Virus record (IMG/VR): IMGVR_UViG_3300020181_000003
Span: 1 to 43,698 of that record
DNA length: 43,698 nt
Strand: one strand, 5' to 3'
Source of the DNA: a virus
Lineage: Duplodnaviria; Caudoviricetes
Part shown: one piece after another, positions 1-7,032 of the stretch
How the letters are laid out: each line of letters starts with the position of its first letter
How positions within the stretch are numbered: the first letter of the stretch is position 1
The notes under the pieces: generated by a model
Seen by the model: the letters and a program-made list of their open reading frames with translations, nothing else
What the model was told of the DNA's origin: nothing
Databases searched by the model: none
Translations under genes and position numbers: made by a program

Positions 1-127
1 ATCCGCGAAAGCACTGGCGCATCTACACAAGCAGGCGCGAGGCAGTGGATCGCAGACCGGCAGGCGCTTGAAGAGCGGCGCTTCCATCTAGGAGAGGAAG
101 CCGATGCGCGCGAGTTCACCTTTGCGG
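1..127. repeat. Terminal direct repeat, left copy (circular assembly overlap)
   Basis: 1-127 is identical to 43572-43698, and the integrase frame reads through the junction. Confidence 0.97.
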
Positions 128-1017
128 CAGCCGTCATGAGCTACGAGGCGACGCCAGAAATGGCGAAGCACCTGATTCCGCTGGTCGAGCGCTTGGGCTC
201 CGTGCCGGTGCGTAAGATCACGCCGAAGATGGTACGGGATCTTGGACCCGAGCTTTATCCGAACAACGCGGCCGATAGCTGGAAGCGGTGGGTCATCACG
301 CCGACACGAGCCGTCATCAACAACGCCAACGCACTTGGGCTTTGCCCGCCGATCCGCATTCCCGGATATACCAAGGAAGAGCGGGTGAAGCAGGACAAGA
401 AGCGCGGCAAGGACAGCCGACAGGCCAAGACACCTGGCTCATGGGAATGGCTGCTGAGGTTTCGGCAGCACGCCGGGCCATACCATTCCGCCCTGGCGCT
501 CTTCATGTTTGCGACCGGCGCGCGGGTCGGACAGGCCGTTGCCATGACGCCGGCTCATTTCGACGCTGCCAAGGGCGTGGCGCGCATTCCAGGTGCAAAG
601 GGCCATGCCGATCGCATGGTGAGGCTGCCGCCAGAGCTGGTCGCCGAGCTGGCAGCACTGAGACCGAAGGCGCCGAAGGACTGGAAGCCCATTCCGAGCA
701 ACCTGCGCGTGTTCGGCTTCGCGTCACGCACCGGGCCGCTTCAGGGCTGGGCTACAGCGTGCAAGCGCGCCGGTATCGAGTACCTGCCGCCGCACTCAGC
801 CGGTCGGCATGGCTTCGGGCAGGAATACCGGGTCAGACAGGGCGTGGACGGCAAGGCGATTGCCGAGGTCGGCGGCTGGGCAGACACCACCATGATAGAT
901 CGCGTCTACACCCATGCGGAGGACGCCGACGCCAAGATTCTGGAGGCATTTCGTACAGGACGCGTACAAGCCGAAAAACGGACTGGCCTTAAGCTACGGA
1001 AGGATATAGAAGAATGA
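1..1017 (+). CDS. int: Tyrosine integrase, main part (gene starts at 43488 across the junction; ~366 aa in total)
   Basis: Catalytic motifs ATGAR, PPHSAGRH, GGW...RVYTH; frame open from 43488 (MPLEAYRRGKTWW...) through position 1; adjacent to a tRNA-derived att core. Confidence 0.93.
   Translation: MRESTGASTQAGARQWIADRQALEERRFHLGEEADAREFTFAAAVMSYEATPEMAKHLIPLVERLGSVPVRKITPKMVRDLGPELYPNNAADSWKRWVITPTRAVINNANALGLCPPIRIPGYTKEERVKQDKKRGKDSRQAKTPGSWEWLLRFRQHAGPYHSALALFMFATGARVGQAVAMTPAHFDAAKGVARIPGAKGHADRMVRLPPELVAELAALRPKAPKDWKPIPSNLRVFGFASRTGPLQGWATACKRAGIEYLPPHSAGRHGFGQEYRVRQGVDGKAIAEVGGWADTTMIDRVYTHAEDADAKILEAFRTGRVQAEKRTGLKLRKDIEE
952..970 (+). promoter_or_regulatory. Putative integrase arm-type site (left)
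   Basis: CGTACA-N5-CGTACAAG, repeated with identical spacing at 1153-1171 on the other side of the att core. Confidence 0.6.
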
Positions 1018-1032
1018 GCATGTTAGAGCCTT

Positions 1033-1079
1033 CCCTCCGAAGGCAGAGGCCAGGGGTTCGAATCCCTTCGGGTGCGCCA
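1033..1079 (+). other. attP: attP core: 3' part of tRNA-Arg(CCG)
   Basis: CCCTCCGAAGGCAGAGGCCAGGGGTTCGAATCCCTTCGGGTGCGCCA contains a CCG anticodon loop, T-arm GGTTCGAATCC and a CCA end; no 5' acceptor strand; directly after int. Confidence 0.88.
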
Positions 1080-1152
1080 GCATTTCCGCCATTTGGCCCT
1101 GCCGATCCTCGCAAGACATTGCGCGAACGTGCGCGCACAAAAACGGAACGCG

Positions 1153-1171
1153 CGTACATAGCCCGTACAAG
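1153..1171 (+). promoter_or_regulatory. Putative integrase arm-type site (right)
   Basis: CGTACA-N5-CGTACAAG, direct repeat of 952-970. Confidence 0.6.
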
Positions 1172-1183
1172 GGTGTTCGCGTC

Positions 1184-1564
1184 ATGAGCGGGCAATCTGC
1201 GAGTCGCGATGATCTGCTGTCCCTCGCTGAACGGTGCGAGAAGGCGAGCGGGCCGGATCGTGAGGTGGATCGGGAGATCGAAAGGCTTGTTTTTGGTCCT
1301 GAGGTCGATCCGATGGCGGCAATAGAGCATGCCTTTGCGCCAGCTTACACCTCCTCCCTAGATGCCGCGATGACGCTGGTGCCAGGGGGAGAGCCTTGGA
1401 CCGTATGTCTTACGCGCCCTGACGGCGTGAAGGCCATTGCAAGCGCTCATTGTGGTCACGAGCGTACTGGCAATTGCTCTTGGTCGTATCGAGCCAGCGC
1501 TGAAGCCGCCACCCCCTCACTTGCTCTCACCGCAGCCTGCCTACGCGCCCGAGCAAGCGCATGA
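1184..1564 (+). CDS. Hypothetical phage protein (126 aa)
   Basis: Protein-like ORF, co-oriented with neighbours. Confidence 0.75.
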   Translation: MSGQSASRDDLLSLAERCEKASGPDREVDREIERLVFGPEVDPMAAIEHAFAPAYTSSLDAAMTLVPGGEPWTVCLTRPDGVKAIASAHCGHERTGNCSWSYRASAEAATPSLALTAACLRARASA

Positions 1565-1598
1565 TCTCAACCCCTGTCTATTATGAGGAGGTGATGTG

Positions 1599-2030
1599 AT
1601 GGCTGATAAGCCACATCGCGTGCAGCTCAGCCGCAAGAAGGGCTGGAGGATGCCTGAGAACACGGTGAGCGTCGCGCGGCCTGGCCTGTTCGGGAACCCC
1701 TTTGTCCATGACGATAGCGCAGAAGCGGTGGCGGCGTTCCGGCTCTACTGTCGAGGCGGCACGCAGAGCTTCGAGATGGGGCCGGGCAAGCTCCAGTTCG
1801 CGACCGGGCTTCATCGCAACAGCCTGCATTGGGCTTGGCCCGATTGGCTACGCACCGAAGGCCTGCCGAAACTGCGCGGCAAGAACCTCGCCTGCTGGTG
1901 CCCGGTGATAAACTCGCATGGCGAGTGTTCGCCATGTCATGCGGACGTGCTACTCTCCCTCGCGAATGACATTCCTATGGAAGAGGTAATCCGTGAAAAT
2001 ACTCGACGGGCAAAAGGGGAAGCGCTGTGA
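1599..2030 (+). CDS. DUF4326 family protein
   Basis: R.G.FGNPF and LRGKNLACWCP...CHADVLL motifs; SD GAGGAGG. Confidence 0.85.
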   Translation: MADKPHRVQLSRKKGWRMPENTVSVARPGLFGNPFVHDDSAEAVAAFRLYCRGGTQSFEMGPGKLQFATGLHRNSLHWAWPDWLRTEGLPKLRGKNLACWCPVINSHGECSPCHADVLLSLANDIPMEEVIRENTRRAKGEAL

Positions 2031-2517
2031 CGAAGCGGAGTACCTGTCCTACACGCACAAGCGCTGCCCGGCGTGCGATGCCGTCAAGGCCGTCTCTCTG
2101 TTCTACCGAAAGAACACGCGAACGGCCCGAGGGTGGTCGTGGGATAGCCATTGCATTGATTGCCGCCGCACGGCCTGCCGGGACTATGGCGCTGGATCGA
2201 AGGAAGCGCGCAACGCCAGACTGCGGGAATGGCGCAAGTCAAACCCCACCGCGGCGGCCAAGGTCGATCAGCGCAGAAGCCTCAAGCGGAAGTACGGGAT
2301 CACGCCGAGCGATGTGGAGGCTATGCGGGAAGCACAAGCCGGACGCTGCGACATTTGTGAACGCGAGACAAAGCGGCTGTTTGTCGATCACTGCCACACC
2401 AAGGGACACGTCCGAGCGTTGCTCTGCCAGACCTGCAATACGTTCTTGGGCTGGTACGAAAAGAAGGCCGATACGATCGTCAAGTTTCAGCGATACGTGG
2501 ACGCGCATCGCCGCTGA
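1993..2517 (+). CDS. Endonuclease VII-type (HNH) putative homing endonuclease
   Basis: N-terminal CxxC...CxxC; LKRKYGI...Q.G.C.IC...LFVDHCH..GHVRALLCQTCN motif. Confidence 0.88.
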   Translation: MKILDGQKGKRCDEAEYLSYTHKRCPACDAVKAVSLFYRKNTRTARGWSWDSHCIDCRRTACRDYGAGSKEARNARLREWRKSNPTAAAKVDQRRSLKRKYGITPSDVEAMREAQAGRCDICERETKRLFVDHCHTKGHVRALLCQTCNTFLGWYEKKADTIVKFQRYVDAHRR

Positions 2518-2563
2518 TCAACCGTGTCATGCCGACGTACTGCTGGAACTGGCAAATGCCTAG
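2513..2563 (+). pseudogene. Displaced original 3' end of the DUF4326 gene
   Basis: Encodes ADQPCHADVLLELANA*, a second copy of the PCHADVLLxLAN end found at 1932-1967. Confidence 0.8.
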
Positions 2564-2870
2564 CCCACCCCCCCGTTCCCGCTACGTTCTCACCATGAGC
2601 CGAGTCGTAGTCCCGCCGAAGAAGATGGTGCCGATCCTAGAGGTATGGCTGAGACACATCCCGGCCCCGGTGCGGAAGGCGTTCACGGATGAGCTTGCCG
2701 AATATAACGAGCTGGCAAAGCAGCGACGCCAGCCTGCCGAGAGACCCGATGCCATGAAGCTCATTGCCGAGCATATCGCAGGACGATTCGAGGCGCTAGG
2801 ATGGGAAGTAAGCCACCCGGCACCGGAGCATCCTGGATCGCCGCCGGCTTGGGGTGAACGGAGGGGATGA
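2556..2870 (+). CDS. Hypothetical protein
   Basis: ATG overlaps the stop region of the displaced DUF4326 end; protein-like ORF. Confidence 0.65.
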   Translation: MPSPPPRSRYVLTMSRVVVPPKKMVPILEVWLRHIPAPVRKAFTDELAEYNELAKQRRQPAERPDAMKLIAEHIAGRFEALGWEVSHPAPEHPGSPPAWGERRG

Positions 2871-3016
2871 TGGACGAAGATCGGTTCACACTGGAGCTCG
2901 CCGAAAGCGGCGACGTGATCCTCCTCATAGATGCCGATCGCATCAACCTGGGACCGAAAGATCAGGCTTGCGAGACGATGTGCAGGTTTCTTGAGGCGCT
3001 GGACTTCGGGGGGTGA
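2867..3016 (+). CDS. Small acidic hypothetical protein (49 aa, MMDEDRFTLELAES...)
   Basis: ATGA overlap with upstream stop, SD GGAGGG; below the ORF-track cutoff. Confidence 0.55.
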   Translation: MMDEDRFTLELAESGDVILLIDADRINLGPKDQACETMCRFLEALDFGG

Positions 3017-3028
3017 TGGGCGGTGAGG

Positions 3029-4015
3029 TTAGACGTCAGTCATGCATCCGCACCCGCTTGAACCCGGCTCATATTCGTATTCGAACGTTGGATTCACATG
3101 AATATAGTCGCGGACACGGAGCCCAAAGGCATCGAGCGAAAGCGGCTTTTTCTTCCCGCCTCCTCGGCGGTCATTGAGCATCGTTGCGGACGGGTTGTCC
3201 AGGAATGCGCGTATCTTGCGCTCCATCATGGCATCATAAGCGAACCGCTCGGGGTGTACCCGATACCGGTTTTGCCAGTGAGCATAGCCCGCCTTGACGC
3301 ACATGCCGCCACAGTTGTTGTGCATATAACCCATTGAATAGAGCCGAGGCGGTCGCAGGCCCTCGCGTTCCATGAGCATGGTAGGGTTCCATTCCGGCTT
3401 GCCAAGCAAAGGCGCCTCGTAGCGCCAGCCTTTCTCGGCCATTCGTGGGCCAAGGCCCTTTCCTCGTCCCTTTCCGCCGTCGAACCGATGGCGCTCATGT
3501 TCCCCAATCCCAACCACGAATACGTCGCTGAATGGATCGCAGTTCTCCTTCCGCCACCTGTCGAGCACCTGCCGCTTTGCCACTTTGGAGCAGGGGTCGC
3601 GGCGGCTATTGCCGAGGAAGCGCTCGTCCCTGAAGATTTCCCAGGGATCGCGCCCTTCAACAAGCCAGATCAGCTTGGGAATTTCAGACGCAGCGCGACG
3701 ACGAAGGTCAGCTAGAAATCCCCGCCATTCCGGATTCCCGCTATATTCCTCAATCGGCAAATCCTCAGATACGCGGTAGTCTGGAAAATCCTCGGCTCGT
3801 GGAGCCCAGTCGATTTTACGGCCGAACACGTTGGCCGCGCCCTCCAACAGGAAGCGATAAGCGTCTGCATCTTCGTAGATCGTGTCCACGAAAACCAGCC
3901 GCAGTTCGGCGTCCGGATATTGCATTCGGGCCAACTTGGCGGCTCGCCACGACCCGCCGCCCGCGCTGAACATCGCGAACACCCGAGTAGTGACTTTTTG
4001 GCGTATTTGCAACAT
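3029..4015 (-). CDS. PAPS-reductase-like / PP-loop adenine nucleotide alpha-hydrolase with Cys clusters
   Basis: FSAGGGS PP-loop-like motif, VFVDT..ED, PCS..AK, VGIG..E..R, HNNCGGMCVKAG, C-terminal GCGC. Confidence 0.75.
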   Translation of the reverse strand: MLQIRQKVTTRVFAMFSAGGGSWRAAKLARMQYPDAELRLVFVDTIYEDADAYRFLLEGAANVFGRKIDWAPRAEDFPDYRVSEDLPIEEYSGNPEWRGFLADLRRRAASEIPKLIWLVEGRDPWEIFRDERFLGNSRRDPCSKVAKRQVLDRWRKENCDPFSDVFVVGIGEHERHRFDGGKGRGKGLGPRMAEKGWRYEAPLLGKPEWNPTMLMEREGLRPPRLYSMGYMHNNCGGMCVKAGYAHWQNRYRVHPERFAYDAMMERKIRAFLDNPSATMLNDRRGGGKKKPLSLDAFGLRVRDYIHVNPTFEYEYEPGSSGCGCMTDV

Positions 4016-4050
4016 GGTTGACACTATAAGCGGAACCGTTTATCGCGCAA
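4016..4050 (-). promoter_or_regulatory. Putative sigma70 promoter of the PAPS-reductase-like gene
   Basis: TTGCGC-N16-TATAGT, 7 nt upstream of ATG 4015. Confidence 0.55.
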
Positions 4051-4085
4051 CTAAATGATGGGCAAAATGCGCCCAGTTGAGTCGA

Positions 4086-4120
4086 TTGCGCGTCGCGCCG
4101 AGGTCGCGTTAAATGGGGGC
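4086..4120 (+). promoter_or_regulatory. Putative sigma70 promoter of the RHH gene
   Basis: TTGCGC-N17-TTAAAT, 6 nt upstream of ATG 4121. Confidence 0.45.
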
Positions 4121-4285
4121 ATGCCGAAGCCTGAAATCTACCCCGAAGACTTTCATTTCCGGGCGCCGGCAGGAACAAGAGCGCGAATTGCGGACGTTCA
4201 GGCCGGAGAACCTCAAGCGGACTTCCTGAGAGAAGCCGTCGAAAGAGAGATCAGTCGGCGCAAGCGCGCGAAGAATCGAAAGTGA
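4121..4285 (+). CDS. Ribbon-helix-helix DNA-binding protein (54 aa)
   Basis: Beta-strand FHFRAP followed by two helices (GTRARIADV; QADFLREAVEREI). Confidence 0.7.
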   Translation: MPKPEIYPEDFHFRAPAGTRARIADVQAGEPQADFLREAVEREISRRKRAKNRK

Positions 4286-4383
4286 CCCGCCCCATCCTCG
4301 GAAGCTGGCAGTTCATCGCGGGCTTTCTCACCGGCCTTGCTGGGATAGGCGTCCTGTTCGCTGTGCTTGGAGCGACGCTGTAG
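4282..4383 (+). CDS. Small single-TM peptide (33 aa, MTRPILGSWQFIAGFLTGLAGIGVLFAVLGATL)
   Basis: GTGA overlap with the RHH stop; strongly hydrophobic. Confidence 0.5.
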   Translation: MTRPILGSWQFIAGFLTGLAGIGVLFAVLGATL

Positions 4384-4453
4384 GGTGCGCCTAAGGCTGA
4401 GTTCGCCCTGGTGGTGGCGCTGATATGCTTGGCAATGGTGGTGGCTGTGGTGG

Positions 4454-4587
4454 GGTAGCTGCGGGCAGGGCTCGAAACCTGCTCGTCGGGTTGCGCGAGG
4501 GCTAGGGAAGCGCCGAAGCTGCTTATTGCCCATCCCGATCTTCGCTGTGCGCCAGCTAGCCCGTCCATCCGTGCCGCCGCAGCTACC
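4454..4587 (-). ncRNA. tRNA-like structured element
   Basis: Perfect 11-bp closing stem GGTAGCTGCGG/CCGCAGCTACC; T-arm-like GCAGG-TTTCGAGC-CCTGC stacked on it; inner stem GGGCTAG/CTAGCCC. Confidence 0.5.
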
Positions 4588-4699
4588 TTCAGGCCTGATG
4601 CCGAAGCAGAGCAGGAACCCTCACCTTCTAGTCGAAACGACCTTGCCTTGTCCAGAGTCGATGTGCTACGCAGGGGTTGATTGCGGTTTCTGGTCACAC

Positions 4700-4750
4700 G
4701 GGAGGCTATCATGAGCAACGGCGGCTAACTGACAGCCGGGAAAGACCGGC
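4700..4750 (+). other. SD + minigene (MSNGG*) + hairpin
   Basis: GGGAGG-N5-ATGAGCAACGGCGGCTAA, then GCCGG-GAAAGA-CCGGC. Confidence 0.4.
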
Positions 4751-4752
4751 AC

Positions 4753-4893
4753 CTAGTCCACAGGCACCCGACGCTTCTTCTTCGTCGCCTTTTTCACTGC
4801 CTTGTCGATGAGCACCGGCCCTTGCGCCGCCAGCGCGGGCAGCACGACATTGACGAGGATATAGCGGCCGATCTTGGCGAGGTTCAGTTTCAT
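4753..4893 (-). CDS. Small cationic/hydrophobic peptide (46 aa), last gene of the late operon
   Basis: ATGA coupling with the upstream gene, SD-like AAGGAAG; net charge about +9. Confidence 0.65.
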   Translation of the reverse strand: MKLNLAKIGRYILVNVVLPALAAQGPVLIDKAVKKATKKKRRVPVD

Positions 4894-5138
4894 CGTAGCT
4901 TCCTTTCCTTCCGGATCATGCCGATGGGTATGGTAAAGAGGTCGCAACAGGTCGGGTCATCGCGACTGTCGCCGTAGCTCATCGCGAGCGTTACCCGCTT
5001 GTCGTCGCGGCGAAGCTCGAAGCCTACGGTCGTGACAATGAGCGGCTCAACCTTCTCAGGGATGGTGCCCACGTCGAGCCAGCCATGATTACCGTTATAG
5101 GCGTCCTCCCACTCGATTAGTTTGAGCGGGGGCTTCAT
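4890..5138 (-). CDS. Hypothetical protein (82 aa; IEWEDA...TVGF motif)
   Basis: ATGA coupling at both ends. Confidence 0.7.
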   Translation of the reverse strand: MKPPLKLIEWEDAYNGNHGWLDVGTIPEKVEPLIVTTVGFELRRDDKRVTLAMSYGDSRDDPTCCDLFTIPIGMIRKERKLR

Positions 5139-5521
5139 GACATCAGCTCCAATGCTCGTTGCTTGAGGGAATCCCAGTCCACGCCGCCGATGATGGGCCG
5201 CTCGTTTGCCCGCACCCATCGCTGTAAGGCTTGGGCGCCCATCTCTTCGAAGACGGCGGCGTTCGGATCGATCTCTTCGCCATGCGCCAGCCCCCACAGG
5301 ATCGGGCTATGTCTCTCCAGAAGCCATTCGCAGATCAGATGGTGGCAGACTTCGTGCTCGCGACAGTAGGCCAGCACATCGTCTCCATAGCCAAGGCGAT
5401 GAGCGATCACGTGGTAATGGTGCGTGTAGTGCGGCTGCGCTCCCCAGAACGTCCCGTCACCGAACCAGCTTATGCATCCGTCCTCGGTATAGGTGACCGC
5501 GGCGAAGCGAAGCTGGATCAC
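5135..5521 (-). CDS. Hypothetical protein with HExxH motif
   Basis: REHEVCHH; coupled overlaps. Confidence 0.7.
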   Translation of the reverse strand: MIQLRFAAVTYTEDGCISWFGDGTFWGAQPHYTHHYHVIAHRLGYGDDVLAYCREHEVCHHLICEWLLERHSPILWGLAHGEEIDPNAAVFEEMGAQALQRWVRANERPIIGGVDWDSLKQRALELMS

Positions 5522-5883
5522 CTGCGCTCTTCCACCGTGTGGACAGGATCGCCGGGCTTGCCCGTGGGCGAGTCAGATGAGCCGGGACCCGCTTCCGCAG
5601 CGGCCTTGATCGCCTCGAATGCCTTGCCGGTATTATCAGCCTTGGTCTCGTCGGCCTTGTTCGCCGCGAAGTGGAAGGCGACGATGGCGTTGACGATCGC
5701 CGTCACGATCACGACGGTGATCAGCGTCTTGAACAGCTCTTCTTTCCAGAGGTCGGGATTATCTACGGCCATCTGGAGCATCCCGGCACCCATGGCGAAG
5801 ACGGCAAGCGTCACCCATTGGCGCTCGGTAGGCCAACCGGGCAGCCGACCCAGAACGCGATCGAAGAACTGCCAGCCGTTCAT
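5518..5883 (-). CDS. Putative holin (2 TM)
   Basis: Two hydrophobic segments and a charged C-terminal tail; in the lysis cluster; ATGA coupling. Confidence 0.65.
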   Translation of the reverse strand: MNGWQFFDRVLGRLPGWPTERQWVTLAVFAMGAGMLQMAVDNPDLWKEELFKTLITVVIVTAIVNAIVAFHFAANKADETKADNTGKAFEAIKAAAEAGPGSSDSPTGKPGDPVHTVEERR

Positions 5884-6332
5884 GCTGTGCTTCCGTGATG
5901 CTGAGTGAGCAAGTAAGTCCACCAGTAGCCACCACAATCGCAGTCGGTTTCCGTGCAGACGTGCGGGCCGGTGATTCCGCAACCACCAGGATCGTGAACT
6001 TGTCCGTTGAGTGCCACGACAGCGTGTTCCATGTCGGTCGAGCGGCCCGTAACGATGAGCGCAACGCCCGGCCCCGCCCCACCCAGCCACGTGACCAACT
6101 TATCAAACGACCAGCCCTTTGCTCCGTAGCTGCGAGCAAAGATCGCCCACCCCCGTTCCACAAGCCACTGCCGTGTGGATTCAAGAAAGTCGTCACCGGC
6201 GATGTTCACGAAGTTCGGAACATCGTGCGACGGAGTCTCGATGATGGTCGCGACGCAAGCCCGCCAGCAGTCCCCCTCCTCAACGCCGGACATGTGATCA
6301 CTCAGCGAGACTAGGCACTTTTGCGGCTTCAT
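5880..6332 (-). CDS. Papain-fold (C39-like) putative peptidase/amidase
   Basis: GDCWRACVA...EHAVV...VHDP Cys-His-Asp pattern. Confidence 0.6.
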   Translation of the reverse strand: MKPQKCLVSLSDHMSGVEEGDCWRACVATIIETPSHDVPNFVNIAGDDFLESTRQWLVERGWAIFARSYGAKGWSFDKLVTWLGGAGPGVALIVTGRSTDMEHAVVALNGQVHDPGGCGITGPHVCTETDCDCGGYWWTYLLTQHHGSTA

Positions 6333-6418
6333 CGCGTCCATTCCTCTGTCTTTTTGTGAGACCGGATTGCCTCGCAGACAGCGAGGACGATGCGAATATG
6401 CGGGATCGACGCGTTCAT
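6329..6418 (-). CDS. Small hypothetical peptide (29 aa)
   Basis: ATGA overlaps at both ends bridge the endolysin and the next gene. Confidence 0.4.
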   Translation of the reverse strand: MNASIPHIRIVLAVCEAIRSHKKTEEWTR

Positions 6419-7032
6419 GCCGGCCTCCCTGTTGCGATCATCTGTGTGACGCGCTTCGCCCGGGCTGGCGTCTGCCTCGCCCACAGCGATTCCATCATGT
6501 TCGACGCCGCAGCGGCCCACTGCCGATCCGCGACTAGCCTCAGGGAGTTCTTGAACCCGGCAAGGCCCTCCACGCCCATCTGGAAAGCCATGCTGAGCAG
6601 GGCTGTGGCGCGGTATGGATCGTCCTTGACCGCCTGCCAGGCCGGCCAGTCCTCGATTGCCTCGATCTTCTCGCGAATGTCGTTGGCGAGCAGGAAGTCT
6701 ATCTCGGCGTCGGTCAGTCGCCCGCCCTTGCGCTTGTCGATGAGCCGGCCAATTCCGATGGTCCAGTATCCCAGATGATCCTGGTAGGCATGGCGCACCC
6801 TGCCCTCTTCATTCTCCAGATGCTCTGCCATGACCGCGAAGTGAGGAACGGAGGTCGGGTTCGCATCCGCCGGATTGGCGAGGGTCTTCTTGCCGGGCTT
6901 CGCGGGCTCCGGTTCGCTACGGGTGCCGAGACGGTCCAGCGTATCGTTCAGCACCTTCACGTCGGTCTGCGTCACGAACTTCGCGCCCGCTGCCTTGGCG
7001 GCGTCGAAGATGGGTTTGCGTGGGTCAGTCAT
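6415..7032 (-). CDS. Endolysin, T4-like lysozyme (GH24)
   Basis: EEG....YQDHLGYWTIGIG catalytic E-8-D-5-T motif; C-terminal WARQTPARAKR. Confidence 0.9.
   Translation of the reverse strand: MTDPRKPIFDAAKAAGAKFVTQTDVKVLNDTLDRLGTRSEPEPAKPGKKTLANPADANPTSVPHFAVMAEHLENEEGRVRHAYQDHLGYWTIGIGRLIDKRKGGRLTDAEIDFLLANDIREKIEAIEDWPAWQAVKDDPYRATALLSMAFQMGVEGLAGFKNSLRLVADRQWAAAASNMMESLWARQTPARAKRVTQMIATGRPA

Noticed and set aside
1-127. Biological terminal repeat
   Set aside because: It falls mid-integrase and 127 nt is a common assembler k-mer overlap; the HNH-terS-terL layout points to cos ends elsewhere
1022-1079. Functional tRNA-Arg gene
   Set aside because: The 5' acceptor strand and a proper D-arm are missing; only the att-core portion is present
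1905-2512. Group I intron in the DUF4326 gene
   Set aside because: The insert is almost entirely coding, no P/Q/R/S core is seen, and the gene already has a complete replacement end
2027-2563. 178-aa ORF as a real gene
   Set aside because: Shadow frame over the endonuclease; only its last 16 residues are meaningful (relic DUF4326 end)
4381-4587. tRNA-like element as an amber suppressor for the adjacent TAG
   Set aside because: The CTA triplets lie in a stem rather than an anticodon loop, and there is no CCA end; other genes use TAG as a normal stop
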